From positions 496,001 through 560,000 of the forward strand of contig JAANOX010000238.1 in NCBI GenBank assembly GCA_020184695.1: a stretch of DNA of 64,000 nucleotides, in the 5' to 3' direction. The translations under genes and the position numbers were made by a program. This DNA comes from Histomonas meleagridis 2922-C6/04-290x. Taxonomy: Eukaryota > Protista > Parabasalia. The notes below the pieces were generated by a model, which worked only from the letters and a program-made list of their open reading frames with translations, made no database searches and had not been told where the DNA came from. Every line of letters starts with the position of its first letter. Within the stretch, counting starts at the first letter, position 1. Positions 55,480 through 64,000 of the stretch are shown one piece after another.

Positions 55480-56056
55480 TAAAATCAAAAAAATTTTGAA
55501 ATTTTGTTCATTTTTATCATAAATTAAATAACTTTTCAAAAAATATTTAATAAATTGAAAAATAATATTAAAAATGAATTTATATATTTTATATTTAAAT
55601 GAAAAATATTTTCATCATGAAATGTGTTGGAAATAAAGTCAATAAAATGAATACTGAATGTCATTAATATATATATTTCATATTATTTCATCAATTTAAT
55701 GGTTGCAATTGGAAGATATATTCTTGATTTTAACTCGAACAAAAAAATTCTATTCCTCCTATAAATGAACAAAATGCTCGTATTCAAATAGTTAGACAGA
55801 TACCTTATTTTAGTACAAAATGGCATTGATATAAATTTAATGTTCTATAAAATTGAAAATGATTTTACACAAGGTGGTAATAAACCTAAATCATGAGGAA
55901 CCATTCATCTGAAATCCGACACACAATGATTTAAGCAAGGCTATAAAAAATTAAATAACAAACGAACATAATTTAATAGAATTGTTGAACCACATTAAAT
56001 AAAATGTAAAACAGGAAACACATTTGTTCATCTCTTGTTATTACTTTGCAGCATGT

Positions 56057-58057
56057 TTACTCATTTCTATTCGACTGTTCGAAGTACATATCCAATATTT
56101 GGTGGGAGTTCGTTGCTTGTCTTGGCGTCTTGTCGTCCCTAAACCTCAGGAACCTTCCGAACCTCAGTGATATTCCTGCGTTTTCCTGCCCGTGCACATC
56201 TCCGTAGCACGCCATTGCCTTCGGCGATATTGTCAAGTCTGCCGCGCCTATTTCCCATACGACCTCCGGCTTGTAGTATACGTCGGGGGTGTTCTTTCCG
56301 TATTGTACTTCTGGCGGCGGCTTCGTCACGACCATCTCCTTGAACTTCTCGGTGAAGTCCTTCAGGTCATCGTCGGAGAATCCCGTTCCGACTTCGCATA
56401 TTGCCTGGAACTTCCCGATCTCCTCGTTCCATATTGCCACCAAGTAACACCCGATGAGTCCCGCGCGCTTTCCTTTGCCGTACGTACCGCCGATGACGAC
56501 GACGTCGACGCAGTCGGAGATTTTGGACGTTTCTTCGGAAGTGCCGATTCCTTGGACGTAGTCCTTCTTAAGCTTCGCCCACAGCTGCGACCTTTTGCCA
56601 GGTTCATATGGGCCGGTGCGCGTTTTGATCATTAGCCCTTCGGTACGATTCTTGACGGCTTCGTTGAAGAAGTCGGCCATGTTATCTAAATCGGTGTTTA
56701 GATAATTCGCAAATTGTAACAGATGTTGTACTGGCTGAACGATTTCATGAAGGGTTTGCCGCCTTTCATCAAATGTTTTGGAGATTAAACTCTTTCCGTT
56801 ACAGTACATACAATCGAATGTGAAACAGCATACGTGGATGGGTGATGGCTCATTAGTAGAATCGCCTTTACGCGCGCGATGCATTAATGTTTGGAATGGT
56901 AAAATGATATCTTTCTCGGTATCATACGCAACGATTTCACTGTCGAGGACAAAGTCTTCAGCGTTGACATTGTTCTGGAAAATTGGTATCAAATCTCCAA
57001 ATTGTTCAGTGATGTCATTAGTGTTACGTGAGAAAATCCGAATTTTCCCATCCTTTGTCTTGTGTATTTGCGCTCTTTCGCCATCATATTTATATTCGCA
57101 AGTGATCAGATCAGTGCCAAGGCGCCTTCTGATCTCTTGCGTAGATTTCGCAGGCTTAGCAAGCATTGGCATAATTGGAATGCCAACTTGGCAGCCACAC
57201 TTTTCTTCAAGTTGCGCAAAATCGTTTTCTAAAAGAAACTCTAATAGTTTGTCAAGTAAAGGCGAACTATGGAACACTTTCTTGAACTCTTTTCCGGCTG
57301 TGAGTAGGTCATCTTCTGTTGGGAACTTATCCATTTTCCCTAAATAATAATCACGAAGCAAAAATGCGCGTCCAATGGCAATGAGAAGTGTTGACGCTGC
57401 AAATCCAATGCTCAAAGAGCCGCCTAACGAGCGAATTATAAACTTAACTTCATCATCTTTGGTGGATGTAATGAGTTTGGCAACTTTCCCGATTTTGTTC
57501 CTTCGCGAATTGCTTCCTTGTGTTTGCGCTATCTCGAGAAATGACTTGTATACTCCTTGAATGGTAAGACGCTCCTCGGTTTTTCCAAACATAAGATCAA
57601 TTCGTCCTTGCTTGGCTTTGGAGCTTTTGGCAATCTTGCTTAAGTCTCCTCCACTAGTGTAGTCTATCTTGATTTGATCTGTGGTTCGCCCTGTTGATGA
57701 GGCAAGGGCTTCAATAATGAGAGATTCCCCAATATCAAGTTTGACACCTTCCATCGTGGGCCGAAGTTCACCGATGCACATAAAAGAAAAAGGAATAACA
57801 TCCTGTGGCGTTGTACATGAGATGGCAAGAATGTAATCCCTGACAATGTTGATAATGACATTTCGCTTTGTTTCGGCTTCGACCTTTAAGAACATAGAAA
57901 CTATAAAGTTATAAGGTGTTGGTGTGCCTGGCTTCCATGTGATTAATTGTTGAACTTCGTCTGGAAGCTTATGAACTAAGGGTAGGACAGGAATTTTGGT
58001 TTGGACTTTGTCTATTTTTTTGGGTTGGGCCTTAAGTGACTTCGATTTCACTGGCAT
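56057..58057 (-). CDS. LIG1: ATP-dependent DNA ligase I
   Basis: DNA-binding domain (TPYNFI..F.KVE, LDIGES), EYKYDGERAQIH, EGLMIK, WAKLKKDY, DVVVIGG.YGKGKR, VGTGFSD, SLRFGRFLRFRDDK. First ATG at 58057. Confidence 0.96.
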   Translation of the reverse strand: MPVKSKSLKAQPKKIDKVQTKIPVLPLVHKLPDEVQQLITWKPGTPTPYNFIVSMFLKVEAETKRNVIINIVRDYILAISCTTPQDVIPFSFMCIGELRPTMEGVKLDIGESLIIEALASSTGRTTDQIKIDYTSGGDLSKIAKSSKAKQGRIDLMFGKTEERLTIQGVYKSFLEIAQTQGSNSRRNKIGKVAKLITSTKDDEVKFIIRSLGGSLSIGFAASTLLIAIGRAFLLRDYYLGKMDKFPTEDDLLTAGKEFKKVFHSSPLLDKLLEFLLENDFAQLEEKCGCQVGIPIMPMLAKPAKSTQEIRRRLGTDLITCEYKYDGERAQIHKTKDGKIRIFSRNTNDITEQFGDLIPIFQNNVNAEDFVLDSEIVAYDTEKDIILPFQTLMHRARKGDSTNEPSPIHVCCFTFDCMYCNGKSLISKTFDERRQTLHEIVQPVQHLLQFANYLNTDLDNMADFFNEAVKNRTEGLMIKTRTGPYEPGKRSQLWAKLKKDYVQGIGTSEETSKISDCVDVVVIGGTYGKGKRAGLIGCYLVAIWNEEIGKFQAICEVGTGFSDDDLKDFTEKFKEMVVTKPPPEVQYGKNTPDVYYKPEVVWEIGAADLTISPKAMACYGDVHGQENAGISLRFGRFLRFRDDKTPRQATNSHQILDMYFEQSNRNE

Positions 58058-58585
58058 TTTTGTTTTCCCTCCATTCGTATGACCGTTTATCAAATGTAGC
58101 GCCAAATTTTTCAATAGTTTATTGACTACAAAGATGAGAAATACTAATTGCCAAGAAGAGGGATTCGGTATTTGCTAATTGTGGAATTATTTGTGCTCAA
58201 CGCAGTTGCCGTCTTAAAATATGAAATGTAGTCAATGCATACATTTATAAATGAAAAATTGTGATATTTTTATTTGATATGATGTCTCTAAGTCTTTGGG
58301 CGTAACTCAAAAGTAACAACAAAGATGATTTTAATATACTTTGATAGATTTGAAAAAAAAGAAAATTTATCATTCAGCAACTTAGTGATGAATTCATTAG
58401 CAAAAATGTTTTAAGTTGAAGCTTTTAACATCAGTAAATATGGTTGAAAGAATGGAAAGCCACTCTTAGAGTTGATAAAGTAAATTTTTTTAGAATAAAA
58501 ATAACTTTTTGCTTGAAAATTTTTCAATGTTTATTTGGTCAAATAATATTTTTGATGCTGTTTTTTGATGTGCTGATTATTTTTT

Positions 58586-60049
58586 ATGAAGCGAACTGCT
58601 TTAAACTTCCTTGCAACATTGCCAAATACGCAAGAAGAAAAAACATTACACGATCAAAGTCAAACAACAAGTAATGAGTCACCAGCGATTAAATGTTTGA
58701 ATAATGGTATCGAAGAATTAAAAAAAGAACTAACATTAATGGATCAAAAACTTGAAGAAGCTAAAAAGAAAAGAGAATTAGAAAAGGAAACAGAAGAAGC
58801 ACAAGTTGACATGATAAGAAAACTGAGTGAAAAAAACAATCAATATAAAGAATTTAAATTAATGATCTCTTCAAAAATAGCTGAATTACAAGGACAATAT
58901 GAAAGTGGCACAGCACAATTTTCAATTGCTTCTACTAAGTTTAATGATGTTAAACAAAAAATTAAAGAATATGAAACTGAATTAGAAAAATTACAAACAA
59001 ATTTTTGTCAAGTTGAAAATAAGAAATCAAAACTTACAACAAAATTAGAATCTCTTAAAAATCAAAAGGAAGAATTAAGTAATGAATATGAATCACTTAA
59101 ACAAACAAAAGAAAAACTTGAAAATGATAATAACAATTTAGCAAATTCATTTCAAAACTTAACAAATGAATTAGAAAATAAGGAAAAAATGTTTAATGAC
59201 TTAAAATATGAAATGGAAGAATATGAGAAAAAAATTCGATCTATTAATGCAATGAATGAAATTCTTGAAAATGATATTCAACAAAATCAAAACAAATTAG
59301 AAAAGAAACAAAATGAAGTTGAATTAATGAAAGAACAAATAAATAATTTAACAAATGAAATGAATGAAATTGATAAAGAAATAGAAAAATCATTAAATGA
59401 TCAAAAACAAGCACAAGAAATCCAAAGAAGAGATACAAATGAACTTAATCTTTTACAAGAAGAATTAAACCAATTAAAAGAGAAACTTAAAGAAGAAAAA
59501 GAAAAAGAACAAAATTTAAAAGATGAATTACAATTTGGTCAAAACAATTTAGAAGCTGAAAAACAAAAAGAAATTTCATTACAACAACAATTAAATAATC
59601 TTAAAGAAGAAAATGAAAAAATTTCAAATGAAAATAAAGAACTTCAAACTCAAATAACAGAAAAAGAAAACAATTTAAATGAACTTAATAAACAACTTCA
59701 AATATTAAAACAACAATTACATGAAGAAAAATTAACAACGCAAACAATACAAAATCAAATCGAAATGGAAACTTCAAAACAAATGGATCAACTAAAGTCA
59801 AAGAAAGAAATATTAGCGGAACTTAAAAAACAAAAAGAAATTCTCGAAAGACAACTTGAAGAAGAAGCAAAAGTTTTAAATGCACAAGAAGAAAAATGTC
59901 AATCAATTCAAAAAGGTTTAAAATTGTCTTCGAAAAAAGAATATCATATTACGGAAAAACCTAAAAAGAAACAAACATCAAAACCAAATCCTCAAATTCA
60001 ATCGCTTTCATCTGCTCTTTTTGATGAACAATTGTTTGCTTATCATTGA
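58586..60049 (+). CDS. Coiled-coil protein, 487 aa
   Basis: Continuous E/K/Q/N heptads; no diagnostic motif. Confidence 0.75.
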   Translation: MKRTALNFLATLPNTQEEKTLHDQSQTTSNESPAIKCLNNGIEELKKELTLMDQKLEEAKKKRELEKETEEAQVDMIRKLSEKNNQYKEFKLMISSKIAELQGQYESGTAQFSIASTKFNDVKQKIKEYETELEKLQTNFCQVENKKSKLTTKLESLKNQKEELSNEYESLKQTKEKLENDNNNLANSFQNLTNELENKEKMFNDLKYEMEEYEKKIRSINAMNEILENDIQQNQNKLEKKQNEVELMKEQINNLTNEMNEIDKEIEKSLNDQKQAQEIQRRDTNELNLLQEELNQLKEKLKEEKEKEQNLKDELQFGQNNLEAEKQKEISLQQQLNNLKEENEKISNENKELQTQITEKENNLNELNKQLQILKQQLHEEKLTTQTIQNQIEMETSKQMDQLKSKKEILAELKKQKEILERQLEEEAKVLNAQEEKCQSIQKGLKLSSKKEYHITEKPKKKQTSKPNPQIQSLSSALFDEQLFAYH

Positions 60050-60120
60050 AATTTTCAGATTTGAATATGTTCACATAAAAAATTGAATACTTTGTTTACG
60101 CCAAGAAAAAAAAAATTAAA

Positions 60121-61107
60121 ATGCAATCTTCAAACCAAATCAATAAAATCAGATTAACAGACAACGCGAAATCAATATGTGTTTCGACCCAAAATGGATT
60201 TATTGCATATTCAACAAATCCATTAAAAATACGATTTCAATGTAATTTTGAAAACACACATTTTGGAAATGCTGTAACAATCTCAGACTCAAACGTTGTT
60301 GTCTGTACCGGAGTATCATTAAGCACTAAATCAGATTCATTTAATGATTGTACATTTGGAGTTTTTGATGCAAATTTAGGAAGACAAATATTTTTAGTCT
60401 GTTCACAAGAACAAATCAAAAATGTGTTTATGACGTCGAACATGTTTGGCTATTCAACAAAATCAGAAGTACGAATTTATTCATTTGCACCACCAGTATT
60501 ACAACATCAATTCCATACGTCACAAAATGAATTAGCTCCATGTGACTTCGTCGAAGATACCAATGGGTTTACTATGGGTTTTGTTGGTCGTGAGCCCGGA
60601 TTTTTAAGAATTGTACAGATAAATAAAAACGATCGACAAGACATTACTGTACCTGCGCATTCACATCCATTGTCAATTATAAAAGTAAATTCAAGTCGAA
60701 AAAACATTGCAACAGCTTCAAATAATGGGACTTTAATTCAGGTTTTCGACACCAAATCCGGTGAATTAATTGGGAAATTTAGAAGAGGAACACTTTCGGC
60801 AGAAATTACATGTATTGACTTTTCACCGAATTCGACGTATTTGGCTGTTGCTTCATCAAAGGGGACAATTCATTTGTTTTCTCTTTTAAATATGAGCGGA
60901 CCTTCAAATACACCACGCGCAATTATGAAATTTTCATTTCCTGAATTAGGGAATTCGCCATTTTGTTTTATGAGTTCTGATACCATTTGCACAGCACTTA
61001 AAAATGGCACAATTCATATGTTGAAGATTGATGAAGAAAACAAATCAATTTCAATTGTATCATCAGAATCATTTGTTGATTTATCAAATGGAAACGCAAA
61101 GAATTAA
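60121..61107 (+). CDS. ATG18: PROPPIN WD40 protein, ATG18/WIPI-like, 328 aa
   Basis: AHSHPL, ATASNNGTLIQVF, KFRRG phosphoinositide-binding motif, SSKGTIHLF. Confidence 0.9.
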   Translation: MQSSNQINKIRLTDNAKSICVSTQNGFIAYSTNPLKIRFQCNFENTHFGNAVTISDSNVVVCTGVSLSTKSDSFNDCTFGVFDANLGRQIFLVCSQEQIKNVFMTSNMFGYSTKSEVRIYSFAPPVLQHQFHTSQNELAPCDFVEDTNGFTMGFVGREPGFLRIVQINKNDRQDITVPAHSHPLSIIKVNSSRKNIATASNNGTLIQVFDTKSGELIGKFRRGTLSAEITCIDFSPNSTYLAVASSKGTIHLFSLLNMSGPSNTPRAIMKFSFPELGNSPFCFMSSDTICTALKNGTIHMLKIDEENKSISIVSSESFVDLSNGNAKN

Positions 61108-61247
61108 TTTGCAGAAATTTTATTTTAATTTTTTTTTTTTTTTTAATACAAATTTTGTAACTTAATTATTAAGTAAAAACTTTATTTGTTTCCTATCGTT
61201 TCATTTCGTGACAGCGGGAAAAGAGCATTCAAAATCATTGGGCATGA

Positions 61248-61610
<363 letters not shown>

Positions 61611-61738
61611 AATAATAAATTTGCTTTCATGTTTGATTGTTTTCTATCATCACGCTCTCAAAACTGACGGAATTGTGTTCGCAACGATCGTTTTTAGGGC
61701 GGTATTGTCACATCACATATCGTTGAAATAGGGTTTAC

Positions 61739-62935
61739 ATGGATCGCAACGCAGCAACAAAACTTGTGGCGCTGATATCGAATGTGGAGGACTCCGTGGC
61801 GTCAGTGCTCGAACAGTTCCATTCTGATTTTAATTTTGGTGAAAGGATTAACGCATTATCACAAATGTCAACACTTTTGATAAATGGAATTTGGAATCAT
61901 CAACATCAAGTTGCTGTGGCTCTTATCATATACTTTGAATTCAGTGATTCGCCAATTTCTGAAAACCCTTTTTTTGATGCTTTGAATTATGTAAATGAAG
62001 TGTTTTCATCAAAACCAAACACTTTTTCCCCTGTCCTATGCGAGTTATTGCCAGTGATGTTATGCGGTGAATCTATCGATTTTTTAAGACAACTCAATTT
62101 CAAACAAATTCTTCAAACTTCGTTTAGTTCAACTACTCAACTTCCAAAAATTAATGCCCCAGAGCCAGTTGATTCTAGAATACTTATACAAGAATCAGTT
62201 CAAAATGATTTAATTTCCAACGATAAAGATATCATTATCGAAATATTATCAAATGGATATACATTAAGCCCATTCCAACCACCAATGATTCGTGACATCC
62301 CAGATTTATTACCAATAACAAGTGATGAGCTCCAATATACATATGTTAGCTCATTTAACACAATACCATTCATTTATGACAACGAAACTAATACTCGTGC
62401 AATTGCTCTTGGCCTTCTTCAAAAAGGTACTGAAGAATTTCTGAATGATGATGAAGTTGAAATTGTTATTGATTCACTAAAAAAATATCCATCACTTATC
62501 GAAAAGACCAAATTTTCAAATAAACAACTAAACTCTCTTGTTGAATATAATAGCAAAGTTGCCACAGAATACTTTGCTCATTCGCTTGCTATCGATTCAA
62601 GTTTTTCTTCATTTTTAAGTCAACTTGAATTAACGGTTTCTTCGGTTGAAGTCATCAAAAATTTATTTTTTTCAAAGTTAATCTCAAAAGAATTAATGAA
62701 TAATTTTATAGTACAATCCATCAACAAGATATTAAATATAAGTGATTTCCAAACGAAAGCAACAAAGTCACGTTTTTTATGCAGATTTTTAATTTATTTG
62801 TTGCAAAATGAATTTGTTTTTTCGACTGATGTTTTGGTCGAAGTAACTTCGTTCTGTTTGGAAATTGCTAAAAATCAAAAAATTACAGAGGTACAGGAAT
62901 TGTATTGTTTGCTCGAAACTCCAATAAGAAATTAA
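61739..62935 (+). CDS. CNOT11: CCR4-NOT subunit CNOT11-like, 398 aa
   Basis: C-terminal LVEYNSKVA...LELTVSSVEVI..L...FI..SI...RFLCRFL..LL....VEV.SFCLE parallels the CNOT11 block LVENNP.VA...SMEVVNRL...RLVCVFL...EVQAFCIE. Confidence 0.8.
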   Translation: MDRNAATKLVALISNVEDSVASVLEQFHSDFNFGERINALSQMSTLLINGIWNHQHQVAVALIIYFEFSDSPISENPFFDALNYVNEVFSSKPNTFSPVLCELLPVMLCGESIDFLRQLNFKQILQTSFSSTTQLPKINAPEPVDSRILIQESVQNDLISNDKDIIIEILSNGYTLSPFQPPMIRDIPDLLPITSDELQYTYVSSFNTIPFIYDNETNTRAIALGLLQKGTEEFLNDDEVEIVIDSLKKYPSLIEKTKFSNKQLNSLVEYNSKVATEYFAHSLAIDSSFSSFLSQLELTVSSVEVIKNLFFSKLISKELMNNFIVQSINKILNISDFQTKATKSRFLCRFLIYLLQNEFVFSTDVLVEVTSFCLEIAKNQKITEVQELYCLLETPIRN

Positions 62936-63051
62936 AATAATGTTTGTTTTAAACAATTTGTTATTTTTAAATTTAATTTTTTACAAATAAATGAGTTAAT
63001 ATTTGTACCGACGGCTTTTTTCCATTTCTATCTCTTCATAAAACTTATGAA

Positions 63052-63610
63052 CTAAATCAACAAAAGGCCGAAGTGTTTGTTAATATTGTTTAGTACTGAA
63101 AGTTCAATTAGGTGAAAATCTATATCATCTCTTTCTGACTGATGATCGAAATATTTTTTAAATTCAATTCGTACATCATCTGGACGAAAGGTTCTTTCGT
63201 CAACAATGTCGACCTTGTTGTACACAGCAATTACGAGAGGTTCTTAATTTGAAGACATGTTCTCTGATAAAAATTTAAAAGTTTCTAACGAATTTGGTTG
63301 GTCAGGACTAACAACAATAATAAACATATCTATATAGATATATATTACGGAAGTATATAGGTAAAACTGAAAAATATTTTTCATCACCAGATTTATCCAA
63401 AAACCTTAATTTAAAATATTTTTCATCAACCTCAAACATATCTGTTACTGCATTTGGAAAATACTCACAAGAATATTCTTTACCACATAAATGTTTCACA
63501 AGTGTTGTTTTTCCTGTGGGTCCAAAACCAATTATACCAATGTTGATGGTAATTATTTCCTCACTTGAACTTTCATATGAATATTTCATCATTGGTTCTG
63601 ACGCACCCAT
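63052..63610 (-). pseudogene. Divergent Ras-superfamily small GTPase pseudogene
   Basis: GFGPTGKTT, FLDKSGDE, IYFRN. A 10-nt insertion (~63326-63345) shifts the frame; the remainder IDMFIIVV...N*EPLVIAVYNKVD...IELSV has an in-frame TAA at 63244-63246. Confidence 0.75.
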
Positions 63611-63741
63611 TTAACTTTAAAAAAAAAAAAAATTTTTGTTTAAATAAACGGTCTCTTATTTATCCAAAAATTTGAACAAATTTGCAAATCTTTTGTATTT
63701 AAATACAAAACTAAAAATTATCTTAAATAATTTATTTTAAT

Positions 63742-64000
63742 TTAATCGAAGAGATCGTCAAAACCACCTGCCAATTCAACAACTTCTTCTTCTTCCTTCT
63801 TTTCTTCTTCCTTGACTTCTGTTGTTGCAGCAGCGGCTGGAGCTGCAGCACCACCTCCAACAACGGCGAGTTTAGATGAACCTTCCTTGATAAGTTCTTC
63901 AATGTTTTTACCATTTAATTTTTCGAGAAGAGCATCAATTGCTTTAGAATCAACTTGGATGCCAACACTTTCGAGGATTGCTGTAATCTTTTCTTTTGAT
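63742..64000 (-). CDS. RPLP2: 60S acidic ribosomal protein P2, 5' end outside the window
   Basis: SKEKITAILESVGIQVD...LNGKNIEELIKEGSSKL, Ala-rich hinge, acidic tract, ...GGFDDLFD*. The track ORF 63732-63914 is the wrong frame. Confidence 0.93.
   Translation of the reverse strand, partial: SKEKITAILESVGIQVDSKAIDALLEKLNGKNIEELIKEGSSKLAVVGGGAAAPAAAATTEVKEEEKKEEEEVVELAGGFDDLFD

Noticed and set aside
56192-56635. Overlapping ORFs within LIG1 (147 aa on +, 81 aa on -)
   Set aside because: They are expected from the local high GC and show no recognisable motifs.
56057-58057. Viral or bacterial origin of the DNA ligase
   Set aside because: It has the eukaryotic ligase I DNA-binding domain and motif spacing; only the nucleotide composition is odd.
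38206-61107. Functional cluster of trafficking genes (longin-tetraspanin, TRAPPC8, synapsin, Rab, ATG18)
   Set aside because: Trafficking families are heavily expanded in parabasalids and these genes are interspersed with unrelated ones; there is no evidence of co-regulation.

Overview
AT-rich (roughly 25-30% GC by eye), apparently intron-free eukaryotic DNA from a parabasalid (trichomonad-like) protist. The assignment rests on a succinyl-CoA synthetase alpha subunit with a short hydrogenosome-type leader, Inr/M3-like core promoters, BspA-like LRR surface proteins and a histone H4 ending in YGF. Two gene-dense blocks (1-20.2 kb and 35.5-64 kb) encode calreticulin, a CEP290-like protein, a WH2/poly-Pro/SAH protein, a FYVE protein, a glycosyltransferase, SCS-alpha, a CAMK-type kinase, TRAPPC8, SLC35F6, a CCA-adding enzyme, synapsin, THADA, a Rab, DNA ligase I, ATG18, H4, CNOT11 and RPLP2. 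Between them lies a ~14-kb island of nested DNA transposon remnants (pogo-like, mariner, Merlin plus a Merlin-type MITE) and BspA pseudogenes. The most unusual items are: a single ORF fusing a VAMP7-type longin domain to a CCG tetraspanin; a tail-anchored synapsin; a broken ~2,770-codon gene with three VWA domains and a GATase-like domain; and a 564-bp apparently perfect inverted duplication of a dead transposase bracketing 7.3 kb. All family calls come from motif recognition by eye, with no database searches. GC values are hand counts of single 60-nt lines.
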